From an uncultured Lachnospiraceae bacterium (GTDB lineage Bacteria; Bacillota; Clostridia; Oscillospirales; CAG-272), in NCBI GenBank assembly GCA_964568705.1, contig CAZMRH010000002.1:1-32143 (forward strand): DNA of 32,143 bases. The letters run 5' to 3'. A program made the position numbers and the translations under genes. The stretch's first letter is position 1; each line of letters opens with the position of its first letter. The notes under the pieces were generated by a model. That model worked only from the letters and a program-made list of their open reading frames with translations, did not search any database and had not been told where the DNA came from. Below are positions 1 to 8,659 of this stretch, piece by piece.

Positions 1-5
1 ACAAC

Positions 6-41
6 AAAGCGGTTTCAGAATGTTAATCCTGAAACCGCTTT
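6..41. terminator. Intrinsic terminator hairpin between convergent genes
   Basis: 13-bp perfect stem AAAGCGGTTTCAG (6-18) / CTGAAACCGCTTT (29-41) with a 10-nt loop. On the minus strand it is followed by GTTGT and lies downstream of the 92-2026 gene. On the plus strand the stem ends in TTT. Confidence 0.65.
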
Positions 42-53
42 GTCTTCAGTCTG

Positions 54-80
54 AAGAACCGCATTCCTGCGGTTCTTATT
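54..80. terminator. Second hairpin, probably the terminator of an off-window plus-strand gene
   Basis: 9-bp stem AAGAACCGC (54-62) / GCGGTTCTT (69-77) with loop ATTCCT, followed on the plus strand by ATTATTAT. Confidence 0.45.
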
Positions 81-91
81 ATTATGCGGTT

Positions 92-2026
92 TTACCGCGT
101 TCTGTACGTGCTTCCCTCAAGGATCGTGAAGCGGTTTTCGTACAATAGCTTCTTTGCTTTAGCCTCGGTCACATTATACTCGCGGAAGTCGTATTCACTG
201 TCCTCCTTGAATACGGTCGCCTCGATTTCCTCATGCGTCGCACCGCTATTATTATTACTGTAGCAGCCATCGTCGTTGTAGTAACTGTCGTCGGCATCGT
301 TGTAGTAACCGTCGTCGTAGCTTTCCTCGCCGTAGTATGCACGATTGCCGTCATTCTCATCGGAGTCAACAGAATAATACGACCAGAAGCGGGACTCAAG
401 CTCCTCACGAGCCGTATACGCGACGTATTCATTGTCTGCTTCGGAAAGCTCAAGCAGATACGGTACCGCCGAGTCTGACAGATGGGCGATAGTGTCGACA
501 TCGACCTCGTCAAGTTTTCCCGAGAAGTACGCTTCCGTATTATACTTTGCAATAACCGAGTCGACATCGTACCATATCGTCGCAAGTCCTATCAGCGCCA
601 CCGCGACGACCGCAAACTTCACATACGGGAACTTCTCCGCAAACAGGCGCACCGCGACAAGTACGAATATCACCGCGAGCATCAGCATGAATACTGACGT
701 GCAGATGCGCAGTCTGGTCATGCCGTAGGTGTCGATGTACATCACCATCTTCGATATGCCGCAAGCGATCATCGCGAGTGAGAATACGCAGAAGAACAGC
801 GACAGAAGCTTAACGGGGAGCGCCGCCCTGCCAGATTCCGACTTTGCGGAAAAGGCAAAGCAGAAGAATACTATTATAAGGTTTATCGCACAGATCAGGC
901 ACATTTCAAAGAAGCCGCGGCGCGCATATTCGGCAATTGTATAATTATCGGGAAGTATACCCGAGAACGCGCTGACGAAGTACGCGAGCTGTGAGAGCAG
1001 GTACACTGCATACACGAACGCGATAACCGAGAGAAACGCAGTGACCGCGGCGGAATTCAGCTTGCCGGACACAGGTTTTACGGGCTTTGCATCCTTCGAG
1101 GGAAGCTTTTTCGATAGTCCGAACAAAAGCGAATAGAGAAGTACCGATAGTCCGAGTCCGAGAATAAGCGCGCTGAGTAAACGTACAGGCTCACCGAAAA
1201 ATGTGTTTTTGAGAAGTCCCTCGAATGCCGCGTCAGATGAAATGAGCAGCGGGATTATCACGGCAAGGGCGGGAAGTGCACAGAGGATGCCGACGATAAC
1301 CTTCTTATGCGATTTCTGATCCGCCGCGCTGCCGTTTGACGAAAACAGCGAGCGCATCGAGTCACCGATGTATTTGAACGGCCATATGACCGCAAGCGCC
1401 AGATAATTGCCTACCGCACGAAAGCTGTCCGCCGTATACCGCGCGCTGCCGGTCATTACAGAGAAAGCGGCAGCTAATAGGAAGATGATCGCGAGAAACA
1501 TCCAGAATTTCAAGAAATCGTCGGCGTACACCGCGAACGATGCCGCACCCCCGACTGCGGCAGCAAGGCAAAACAGCGAAAACGGTGTCACCCTGATTTT
1601 CGATATCGCAAGGTAGACGACCGCAAGGACGGTCATCAAAAGCGTGCTGATTGAAAAGCCGAGACGGAAGCCTGCGAACAGCGAGAAGTCGACCGTGATG
1701 ACGGAGAATACCGCGACGAGCAGTGCGAAGATCACATCGGCACGCGATGACGGTATCGCCGGGCGTGGTGCCGGCCGCGTATATGCGCACGGATGAGGCT
1801 GTGCGTACTGCTGACCCTGTTCGTACGGATGAGGCGGCTGACCTTGTTGTGCGTACTGCTGATACGGTGTATACTGATGAGTATTCTGCTGTGTATACTG
1901 CTGATTCGGTTGTATCGGCTGAGCTGCCGCATACGGATTTTGACAGTTGCCGTTATTTGGGGCGCCGACCTGTCCGGCTCCCTGATTCTGGGCGGAGTCA
2001 GGAGTGTTACCCATGTTTGTGTTCAT
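92..2026 (-). CDS. Large polytopic membrane protein (DUF4153/DUF4173-like) with low-complexity termini
   Basis: 644-aa ORF. The ATG at 2026 is preceded by an AAGGAGGA RBS that overlaps the stop of the upstream HTH gene. It has 10 or more hydrophobic helices. The first ~95 aa are Q/P/Y-rich and the C-terminal region is D/Y/N-rich. The family name is recalled from the typical DUF2975-YozG-membrane protein neighbourhood and has not been searched. Confidence 0.75.
   Translation of the reverse strand: MNTNMGNTPDSAQNQGAGQVGAPNNGNCQNPYAAAQPIQPNQQYTQQNTHQYTPYQQYAQQGQPPHPYEQGQQYAQPHPCAYTRPAPRPAIPSSRADVIFALLVAVFSVITVDFSLFAGFRLGFSISTLLMTVLAVVYLAISKIRVTPFSLFCLAAAVGGAASFAVYADDFLKFWMFLAIIFLLAAAFSVMTGSARYTADSFRAVGNYLALAVIWPFKYIGDSMRSLFSSNGSAADQKSHKKVIVGILCALPALAVIIPLLISSDAAFEGLLKNTFFGEPVRLLSALILGLGLSVLLYSLLFGLSKKLPSKDAKPVKPVSGKLNSAAVTAFLSVIAFVYAVYLLSQLAYFVSAFSGILPDNYTIAEYARRGFFEMCLICAINLIIVFFCFAFSAKSESGRAALPVKLLSLFFCVFSLAMIACGISKMVMYIDTYGMTRLRICTSVFMLMLAVIFVLVAVRLFAEKFPYVKFAVVAVALIGLATIWYDVDSVIAKYNTEAYFSGKLDEVDVDTIAHLSDSAVPYLLELSEADNEYVAYTAREELESRFWSYYSVDSDENDGNRAYYGEESYDDGYYNDADDSYYNDDGCYSNNNSGATHEEIEATVFKEDSEYDFREYNVTEAKAKKLLYENRFTILEGSTYRTR
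241..375 (-). repeat. Low-complexity D/Y/N-rich coding repeat near the C-terminus of the 92-2026 protein
   Basis: The protein reads DSDENDGNRAYYGEESYDDGYYNDADDSYYNDDGCYSNNNSG. At the DNA level there are reiterated gtagtaac/gtcgtcg units. Confidence 0.6.
1741..2026 (-). repeat. Q/P/Y-rich low-complexity coding repeat at the N-terminus of the 92-2026 protein
   Basis: Reiterated QQY(A/T)Q units (QQYTQQNTHQYTPYQQYAQQGQPPHPYEQGQQYAQ). At the DNA level there are repeated gcgtactgctga / gtatactgctg units. Confidence 0.6.
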
Positions 2027-2028
2027 AT

Positions 2029-2235
2029 TCAGTCCTCCTTATATTCGAGAATGTCTCCCGGCTGACATTCGAGTGCTTTACAGATTTCGTCAAGCGTAGA
2101 AAACCGTATCGCCTTAGCTTTGCCGGTCTTGAGTATCGAAAGATTCGCCTGCGTTATACCGATCTTCTCAGCAAGCTCGCCTGACGGTATCTTTCGCTTC
2201 GCCATCACTACGTCGAGATTCACAATTATCGCCAT
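2029..2235 (-). CDS. YozG-type XRE-family helix-turn-helix transcriptional regulator
   Basis: The protein MAIIVNLDVVMAKRKIPSGELAEKIGITQANLSILKTGKAKAIRFSTLDEICKALECQPGDILEYKED is the classic ~68-aa YozG-like HTH. The ATG at 2235 has an AGGTGA RBS 5 nt upstream. The ORF-track start at 2244 is a GTG with no RBS. Confidence 0.9.
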   Translation of the reverse strand: MAIIVNLDVVMAKRKIPSGELAEKIGITQANLSILKTGKAKAIRFSTLDEICKALECQPGDILEYKED

Positions 2236-2245
2236 GCCGCTCACC

Positions 2246-2677
2246 TCATATCGTAAGATCGTTTTCGTTTTTCAGCTCATATGCCGCGACGAAAACGTTC
2301 TTGATGACGCGCAGTATCAGTCCCATGAAAGCCGCACCGACGGTGATAAGTAAAAGCGGAAGGTAGAAATAAGACGCCGCAAGGCAGATGACCGCGACAA
2401 TGAAGCAGCACCACGACAATATCCGCAGATGACGGATGTTTCCCGCCGTGAAAACCTTACCGCCCCTTATGCCGTACAGAAGCCGCAGAAGCGACACAAT
2501 CGCCGCTATCGCAGGTACCGAGCCGCAGTAGAAGGTGACTGTGACGCACAGTCCAAGCTCTTCTCCGTACCACGAATAGAAAATCCATTTGCCCGCTGCG
2601 ATGAACATGACAAGCAGCGCGGCTATCACATAGGTGAGCGTAAGCGTCAGTGTGACGGAATACTTACTTTTCCACAT
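2246..2677 (-). CDS. DUF2975-like small membrane protein
   Basis: The start is moved to the ATG at 2677 (MWKSKYSVTL...), which has a GGGGGA RBS. It has four hydrophobic helices. Its position directly upstream of a YozG-type HTH is typical for DUF2975. The stop lies 10 nt before the HTH start. Confidence 0.75.
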   Translation of the reverse strand: MWKSKYSVTLTLTLTYVIAALLVMFIAAGKWIFYSWYGEELGLCVTVTFYCGSVPAIAAIVSLLRLLYGIRGGKVFTAGNIRHLRILSWCCFIVAVICLAASYFYLPLLLITVGAAFMGLILRVIKNVFVAAYELKNENDLTI

Positions 2678-2707
2678 AATATCCCCCTTCGGTTCGTTTT
2701 CGTCCCT

Positions 2708-2736
2708 ATGATAGCACACGGTTTATCGTTTGTCAA
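2708..2736 (-). promoter_or_regulatory. Sigma-A-type promoter of the DUF2975 / HTH / membrane protein operon
   Basis: The minus strand reads TTGACA, a 17-nt spacer, then TATCAT with an upstream TGc (extended -10). It lies about 30 nt upstream of the ATG at 2677. Confidence 0.6.
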
Positions 2737-2794
2737 TATATATTTATCATTATTCGAATTATTTTATTCGTTTTCCGATTATTTTCTGTCCTGT

Positions 2795-3160
2795 TCATCT
2801 GACGAGCATAAAAACGACAAGCGCTGCGCCGAGAACTGCGACTAAAATACCGAGTACACAAATACTCACTGTCTCATCACGCTTGCTCATCCATCTGAGC
2901 CCTCCGAGTGTGCACCCCACACTCCATCCCTCGCGGATCATGCCGCAGCCGCCTTTTTTTGCGACAAACACGATTATTCCGCCGAATAAAACCCACAGCG
3001 CACCAACAAAGATCAGCGCGGCTGATTTTACGGCTTCATCCTCCGTCGTTCCCGCGATGATGATAGGCACGAACGTCAGAACGGCAAAGACTGCGGCAAC
3101 AACGTAAGCTATAATATTGTTACGGCACTCGGCTCTCTTTTTTTGCGTCAGCTTTTTCAT
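2795..3160 (-). CDS. Hypothetical small membrane protein
   Basis: 121 aa with 3-4 hydrophobic segments. Its ATG overlaps the TGA of the upstream DUF3737-like gene (ATGA), suggesting translational coupling. I recognise no family. Confidence 0.55.
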   Translation of the reverse strand: MKKLTQKKRAECRNNIIAYVVAAVFAVLTFVPIIIAGTTEDEAVKSAALIFVGALWVLFGGIIVFVAKKGGCGMIREGWSVGCTLGGLRWMSKRDETVSICVLGILVAVLGAALVVFMLVR

Positions 3161-4008
3161 TTTGCGCTGCCCCGTATGACAACACGTCCGCTCACTTCGG
3201 TCACCGCGTCACCGTATATCACCTCGCCCACGGAGTCGGCGGTGATTATGCCCGACTTCGGATTTTTCACCGATATGATATTGCCCACGACATCCGCCGT
3301 TACGTCCGAATACTCAAACGCGAAGTCCGCGTCCTCCATCGTGCAGTTTTCGAGTACAAGCCCCTTGCAGTAGCAGAGCGGCTGCGTACCGATTATGCGG
3401 CAGTCCTTCAGATACAGATTTTCCGAAAACCAGCCGAGATATTCGCCGCGTATGACGCTGTTTTTGACTGTGACGTTCTTCGAGTGCCAGAACGCATCCT
3501 TCGTATCAAGTACGGAGTTTATGATACTCATGTTTTCGATGTACTGGAACGAATACTTCCCGTGCATGTTGAGACAGCAGATTTCGATATCGCGGCTCTC
3601 GAAAAAGAGATATTCCGACGTTATCGACGTACCTGTCATGTGAACACCGGCGCACTTCCAGCCGAATTCCGGCGATTCCACGGCGCAGTTTTCTATCTTT
3701 ATGTCGTTACTCTCGCGCAGGCACTTGATGCCCTCGATTTTGCAGTGTCGCATAAGTCCGCCCTCGCAGTACCAGAGCGGTGCGCGCGTTATGCCGTCAA
3801 GCACCGACGAGTCGAGCGTGAAATTCTTTGCGTGCCACAGCGGATACCTCAGTGAAAACGTACAGTCGCGCACATTAATGTCGCGTGTCTCCTTGAGCAC
3901 CGATTCGCCGTCGGCAGGTCCTGCAAAGGTGCAGTTTACGACTTCCGTATCGCACAAATTGTACAGTGCGCGCTCCTCGTCAAGCGTCTGATTTTCTATT
4001 ATTCGCAT
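3157..4008 (-). CDS. DUF3737-like right-handed beta-helix protein
   Basis: 283 aa, starting MRIIENQTLDEERALY..., with repeated C-x-F / N-C-x-(I/V) rungs (NCTF, DCTF, ENCAV, KNSVI, KDCRI, ENCTM) typical of parallel beta-helix DUF3737 proteins. Confidence 0.7.
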   Translation of the reverse strand: MRIIENQTLDEERALYNLCDTEVVNCTFAGPADGESVLKETRDINVRDCTFSLRYPLWHAKNFTLDSSVLDGITRAPLWYCEGGLMRHCKIEGIKCLRESNDIKIENCAVESPEFGWKCAGVHMTGTSITSEYLFFESRDIEICCLNMHGKYSFQYIENMSIINSVLDTKDAFWHSKNVTVKNSVIRGEYLGWFSENLYLKDCRIIGTQPLCYCKGLVLENCTMEDADFAFEYSDVTADVVGNIISVKNPKSGIITADSVGEVIYGDAVTEVSGRVVIRGSAK

Positions 4009-4062
4009 TGCAAAATCTCACTTTCGGTTGAATTCTTCCGCCGCGTGTTTTTCCGATTATTA

Positions 4063-4091
4063 TTGACAAAAGAGACGTGCGGCTTTATACT
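4063..4091 (+). promoter_or_regulatory. Sigma-A-type promoter upstream of the LD-carboxypeptidase gene
   Basis: TTGACA (4063-4068), a 17-nt spacer, then TATACT (4086-4091). This would give a leader of about 145 nt. Confidence 0.45.
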
Positions 4092-4241
4092 TAGGTTATC
4101 CGCACTGCGGAAGCAACATTCATATTATACTGCCCGAAATATTACGAAATCAAGCTTTTTACGCCGTTGTCATTTAATATTGATATTATGCAGCTGACTT
4201 TATTGGCCTTTGACTAATATATTATATTTCAGGAGATGCAT

Positions 4242-5156
4242 ATGAATACTTCGATCATCAAACCTCGCGCGCTTAAGCGCGGCGATACCATCGGACTTCT
4301 CGCACCCGCGTTTGCCGTAAACGAGGACTACATCGAAAAATGCACCGCTACGCTTGAGACGCTTGGCTTCAGGACAAAGCTTGCGGCGAACATCTACTCG
4401 AATGCGACCGGATTTTCCGGCACAATAACCGAGCGTGCCGACGACTTCAACTCGATGATCGCCGACGACAGTGTGAACATGCTTCTGTTCGGCGGTGGTG
4501 AGGTGTCAAACGAAATTCTTCCGTACATCGACTTTGAGAGCATCTGCCGTCATCCGAAGATAATTGCCGCTCACAGTGACAGCACGACGGTGCTGAACGC
4601 CGTCACGTCGCTGACAGGTCTTGTCACCTTCTACAGCCCGACGCCCCACATGTTTCACGCGCTGTCCGACTACAACAGGAAGTCGTTTGAAGCACGCGTG
4701 ACGGCGCATGATTTGACATATGTCAAAAACAGTGAGTGGCGCGTCATCTGCCCCGGCAAGTGCGAGGGTATTCTGACTGGCGGATATCTCATCAACTATG
4801 CGGCGATGCTCGGCGGGAATTACCTTAAAATAGACAATAGTCAAAATCATCTGCTCTTCATTGAGGACCACGAGATGTATTCATCTCCCGCGATGATCTC
4901 GAAGTGGTTCTCGCACATCGAGCAGAGCGGGTTGTTTTACTGCATCAGCGGACTTCTGTTCGGTCACTATTCAAAAGAAAAATCACCGCTCGTCGATGAT
5001 ATTCTCCGACATATCGGGGAACGCTACAATATACCCGTCGTGCGCTGTGAGGACTTCGGTCACGGTGACAACATGGCGACCTTCCCCATCGGAATCGGAG
5101 CGCATCTGGACACGGACACGATGGAGTTTTCTTTTACGGAAAGCGGAGTGCAATGA
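4242..5156 (+). CDS. LD-carboxypeptidase (peptidase S66 family)
   Basis: The N-terminal LKRGDTIGLLAPAF, a nucleophile region AAHSDSTTVLNA, an acidic FIEDHE motif and a C-terminal FGHG match the S66 Ser-Glu-His layout. I chose the ATG at 4242 because the AGGAG RBS (4231-4235) abuts the ATG at 4236. Confidence 0.8.
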   Translation: MNTSIIKPRALKRGDTIGLLAPAFAVNEDYIEKCTATLETLGFRTKLAANIYSNATGFSGTITERADDFNSMIADDSVNMLLFGGGEVSNEILPYIDFESICRHPKIIAAHSDSTTVLNAVTSLTGLVTFYSPTPHMFHALSDYNRKSFEARVTAHDLTYVKNSEWRVICPGKCEGILTGGYLINYAAMLGGNYLKIDNSQNHLLFIEDHEMYSSPAMISKWFSHIEQSGLFYCISGLLFGHYSKEKSPLVDDILRHIGERYNIPVVRCEDFGHGDNMATFPIGIGAHLDTDTMEFSFTESGVQ

Positions 5157-5788
5157 CAGACAATCGTCTAATACGCGATATTACCGACTATATTTTTGTG
5201 ACCGACAAACCACAGTCGGCAGACGTGATCTTTCTGCCGGGTGATCCGTATTCCGAGGCACCCGAGCACGCCGCCGAGCTTTATCTTGAGGAATTCGCGC
5301 CGTTTATAATACCGTCTGGCGGTGTCGGTGCGAAGTGTGGGATATGGCCCGGAGTGCGAAGTAAGGCGGACGTCTATAACAATCACTACACGTCGGACTG
5401 CGAGTTCTACTGCGATGTGCTGAAAAAGTGCGGTGTACCACAGTCCGCGATACTGAGGGAAAGTAAAGCAAAATACACTTTCCAGAACGCATTCTTCACG
5501 CGCCGTCTCACGGATTCGCTCGGCATGGACATCCGCCGCGCAATCATCGTCTGCAAATCATTCCATGCGCGCCGTTGTCTGACTTATTATACATTCGCCT
5601 ATCCTGATGCCAAGATACTTGTATGCCCTGCCGAAGTTAAAACTGTCGCGCGGGACGACTGGTACATGAGCGATTACGGCGTCGGACGCGTCCTAGGCGA
5701 ACTCGGCAAGTGCGGAGATCAGTCGCCCGACGACATGAAGCGCTATATTCGCGAGGCACTTGAAGCACGGGAAACACGGCCTTTTTGA
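5153..5788 (+). CDS. YdcF / DUF218 family protein
   Basis: 211 aa with DVIFLPGDPY and a CKSFHARRC motif typical of DUF218. The start overlaps the stop of the preceding gene (ATGA). The last codons and the stop lie inside intergenic repeat copy 1. Confidence 0.7.
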   Translation: MTDNRLIRDITDYIFVTDKPQSADVIFLPGDPYSEAPEHAAELYLEEFAPFIIPSGGVGAKCGIWPGVRSKADVYNNHYTSDCEFYCDVLKKCGVPQSAILRESKAKYTFQNAFFTRRLTDSLGMDIRRAIIVCKSFHARRCLTYYTFAYPDAKILVCPAEVKTVARDDWYMSDYGVGRVLGELGKCGDQSPDDMKRYIREALEARETRPF

Positions 5789-5920
5789 AAAAATGCCTGG
5801 CGAAAAACCTTCATAAGGGGCAAAGCTTTTTCATAGTCAGTCTGACGCGTCAGGTTTACCAGGACATTTGCACAAGGACGTGATGTCGGTTGAATTTTAC
5901 AGAAAAGCTTTTCGACACTA
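5771..5920 (+). repeat. Modular intergenic repeat, copy 1 (plus orientation)
   Basis: Module 1, GAAACACGGCCTTTTTGAAAAAATGCCTGGCGAAAAACCTTCATAAGGGG, aligns with the copies at 23926, 28259 and 20150 (reverse complement). It is followed by an AGCTTTTTCATAGTCAG module and the palindrome CTGACGCGTCAG. Confidence 0.75.
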
Positions 5921-5934
5921 TTTTTAAAATAATA

Positions 5935-5964
5935 TTGAAAAGTACAGGGCCACTGTGGTATACT
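5935..5964 (+). promoter_or_regulatory. Sigma-A-type promoter of rfbF
   Basis: TTGAAA, an 18-nt spacer, then TATACT preceded by TGg (extended -10). It lies about 37 nt upstream of the rfbF ATG. Confidence 0.55.
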
Positions 5965-6000
5965 GATATGTACAATAGAGATATCGTCGGAGGTTAATAA

Positions 6001-6774
6001 ATGAAGGTTGTACTTCTCGCAGGCGGCTTCGGAACACGTATTTCCGAAGAATCGCATCTCAAGCCGAAGCCCATGATTGAAATAGGCGATCAGCCGATAC
6101 TCTGGCACATCATGAAAGAATATTCGTACCACGGCTTCAACGATTTTATCATCTGCTGCGGCTACAAAGCGGATGTTATCAAGGAATATTTTGCGAATTA
6201 CTATCTTCATCACTCCGATATGACGTTTGACTTTACGAAGGAAAACGCCGTGACAGTACATAACAACGCCGCCGAACCGTGGCGCGTCACCGTAGTCGAT
6301 ACGGGACTCAAAACGATGACGGGCGGAAGAATAAAGCGCGTGCGCGACTACATCGGCGACGAGACATTCATGATGACCTACGGAGACGGCGTGTGCGACA
6401 TCGACATGAACATGCTGCTCGATTTTCACCGTAAGTCCGGCAAGCTTGCGACGCTCACCGCTATTCAGATCGGCGGCCGCTTCGGTACGCTTGACATCGG
6501 CGATGACGCGTCCGTCATGCGCTTTACCGAAAAGCGCAAGGAGGACGGCGGCTGGATTAACGGCGGATACATGGTGCTTGAACCGTCCGTTATAGACTAC
6601 ATCGACGGCGACGACGTGATGTTCGAGCATGCCCCTCTTGAGAGACTGTCGCGTAAAAATCAGCTGGGCGCGTACAAGTACGACGGCTTCTGGCAGTGCA
6701 TGGATACAATGCGCGACAAGAACTACCTTGAGGAGCTTATCGCGTCGGACACCGCTCCGTGGATACACTGGTAA
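6001..6774 (+). CDS. rfbF: Glucose-1-phosphate cytidylyltransferase
   Basis: MKVVLLAGGFGTRISEESHLKPKPMIEIGDQPILWHIMKEYSYHGFNDFIICCGYKADVIKEYF is a near-textbook RfbF N-terminus. The 257-aa length fits, and there is a GGAGG RBS. Confidence 0.9.
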   Translation: MKVVLLAGGFGTRISEESHLKPKPMIEIGDQPILWHIMKEYSYHGFNDFIICCGYKADVIKEYFANYYLHHSDMTFDFTKENAVTVHNNAAEPWRVTVVDTGLKTMTGGRIKRVRDYIGDETFMMTYGDGVCDIDMNMLLDFHRKSGKLATLTAIQIGGRFGTLDIGDDASVMRFTEKRKEDGGWINGGYMVLEPSVIDYIDGDDVMFEHAPLERLSRKNQLGAYKYDGFWQCMDTMRDKNYLEELIASDTAPWIHW

Positions 6775-6777
6775 GGG

Positions 6778-7098
6778 ATGCGGGGATTTATGGAACGGTT
6801 TTACAAAATGGCGGAAGCGTCAAACAAACACTTTCCGAAAGGTGTCGAGCCTTACCAGATGGCAACCAGATTATTGGAAGAATGCGGTGAGGTGGCATCG
6901 GAAATTAATCTTTGGGAAGATTCGGGGATTAAGCGCCTGAAGCACGGTGAGCCGAAGAAGGAAAACATCGCGGGCGAAATCAGGCAGGCTATAGTTGAAT
7001 TAATCAAAATTGCCAAGTATTACGGCGTTGAAGAAGAATTAGAGCAGTCAATCGAAAATTCATTAAAGCGCTCCCGCGATGAGGGATTAATTGATTGA
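6778..7098 (+). CDS. MazG-like nucleotide pyrophosphohydrolase domain protein
   Basis: A small all-helical protein with EECGEVASE and IAGEIRQAIVELIKIA motifs typical of short MazG-like proteins. The true start may be the ATG at 6790 (MERFYK...). Confidence 0.65.
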   Translation: MRGFMERFYKMAEASNKHFPKGVEPYQMATRLLEECGEVASEINLWEDSGIKRLKHGEPKKENIAGEIRQAIVELIKIAKYYGVEEELEQSIENSLKRSRDEGLID

Positions 7099-7165
7099 TA
7101 TACGAAGTCCGAAAACCTTCCCTCAATGGTGAAGATATTGAACAATCCGGTTTTGACACGTATAA

Positions 7166-7197
7166 ACGGTGCGGCTCATGCTGTGCCGTTTTTGTTG
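7166..7197 (+). terminator. Weak intrinsic terminator after the rfbF / MazG-like pair
   Basis: A hairpin CGGTGCGG ... CTGTGCCG with G-U wobbles is followed by TTTTTGTTG. A second perfect 8-bp hairpin, GCGCGGTA/TACCGCGC, follows at 7201-7228. Confidence 0.35.
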
Positions 7198-7288
7198 AAC
7201 GCGCGGTACGCAAAAACATATACCGCGCATATATTAATTATTGCCGCTCTGACAAAATTCGCGGGCGCGGCGGACGGGAATCCTGTTT

Positions 7289-8659
7289 ATGATTTCATTA
7301 AAACTTCCGGTAAAGCGTGAGTCTGACATTCTTCACGGCCCTCTAACCAAAAATATATTTTTCTTCGCCCTCTCACTTGCGGCGACCGGAATACTTCAAC
7401 AATTATTCAACGCGGCGGATGTCGCAGTCGTCGGGCGGTATGTCGGTAAGGATGCAATGGCGGCGGTCGGCTCAAACGGGCCTATCGTCGGTCTTATCGT
7501 CAACATGTTCGTCGGCGTATCTCTCGGCTCGAATGTGGTTATCGCAAGACTCACCGGCATGGGTAAATTCTCCGACATTAAGCGCGCGGTCGACGTATCG
7601 CTGATAATCGCGCTCGTAGGCGGCGTGGCGGCATCAATTATCGGCGAAGTTTTCGCCTCACCCATACTTGACGTGATGGGTGTTCCGCCCGAAGTCCGCG
7701 GAATGGCGGAGGCGTATCTGCGCATCTACCTTGCAGGAATCCCGCTCATCCTCGTTTACAACTTTGAAGCGGCTATATTCCGCAGTCAGGGCGACTCTTT
7801 CACACCGCTCGTCTGCCTTGCAATATCCGGCGGACTCAATGTTGTTCTAAACCTGTTTTTCGTCATTGTCGTCGGGATGACTGCCGACGGCGTGGCACTT
7901 GCGACGATAATTTCAAACGGGGTAAGCGCGCTCATACTTTTCATAATCCTCACGCACACGAACACACCCGTCAGTATTCATCCGCACAAGCCGGAAATCG
8001 ACATGGCGATATTGAAGCGAATTTTCGTCATCGGGCTTCCCGCCGGACTTCAAAGTGCAATGTTCTCGATATCTAACATCTGCGTGCAGTCGGCGGTCAA
8101 CGGGCTTGGCTCCACCGTAATGGCGGCATCCTCCGCGGCGTTCAACATCGAGATCGTCGCATACTACATTGTCAACGCGTTCGGTCAAGCATGCACGACC
8201 TTCATCGGGCAGAACTACGGCGCAGGCAATATGAAACGATGCCGGACTGTGATGCGGCGGTGCCTTATTCAGGATATGACGTTCACTATCATCGCGTCGG
8301 GCGGCATACTGCTCATGGCGTTTCCGCTGCTCCGCGTATTCAACACCGACCCCACCGTCGTCGAATTCGGTTACACAAGGCTCAGATTTCTCCTTTACGC
8401 TGAGGGGTTGAACGTGATAATCGAGATTTTTTCCGGTGCGATGCGCGGCTACGGCAACTCGCTTATCCCCGCGATGATCGCACTCGGCGGCATCTGCGGC
8501 GTACGGATTCTGTGGGTATTCACTGTATTCACGCGCGATCAGACTTTCTCGACTCTGCTTTGGTGCTACCCGCTCAGCTGGGCTGTGACCGCGTTCGCAC
8601 TCATCGCGGCATATTTTATATTTATGCGCAAAATAAATAAAGCGGCACGCTTACAGTAA
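7289..8659 (+). CDS. MATE family efflux transporter
   Basis: 456 aa with 12 hydrophobic helices. The N-terminal PLTKNIFFFALSLAATGILQQLFNAADVAVVGRYVG and the internal duplication are typical of MatE/NorM proteins. Confidence 0.88.
   Translation: MISLKLPVKRESDILHGPLTKNIFFFALSLAATGILQQLFNAADVAVVGRYVGKDAMAAVGSNGPIVGLIVNMFVGVSLGSNVVIARLTGMGKFSDIKRAVDVSLIIALVGGVAASIIGEVFASPILDVMGVPPEVRGMAEAYLRIYLAGIPLILVYNFEAAIFRSQGDSFTPLVCLAISGGLNVVLNLFFVIVVGMTADGVALATIISNGVSALILFIILTHTNTPVSIHPHKPEIDMAILKRIFVIGLPAGLQSAMFSISNICVQSAVNGLGSTVMAASSAAFNIEIVAYYIVNAFGQACTTFIGQNYGAGNMKRCRTVMRRCLIQDMTFTIIASGGILLMAFPLLRVFNTDPTVVEFGYTRLRFLLYAEGLNVIIEIFSGAMRGYGNSLIPAMIALGGICGVRILWVFTVFTRDQTFSTLLWCYPLSWAVTAFALIAAYFIFMRKINKAARLQ

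Noticed and set aside
5743-6768. 341-aa ORF on the minus strand
   Set aside because: It is entirely antisense to the unmistakable rfbF gene. Its start lies in the noncoding repeat element, it has no RBS, and its composition is R/H/V-rich. This is a typical shadow ORF.
7095-7320. Two overlapping 64-65-aa plus-strand ORFs between the MazG-like and MATE genes
   Set aside because: They start at TTG or a weak ATG without an RBS and run through the two hairpins at 7166-7228. They are most likely noncoding spacer.
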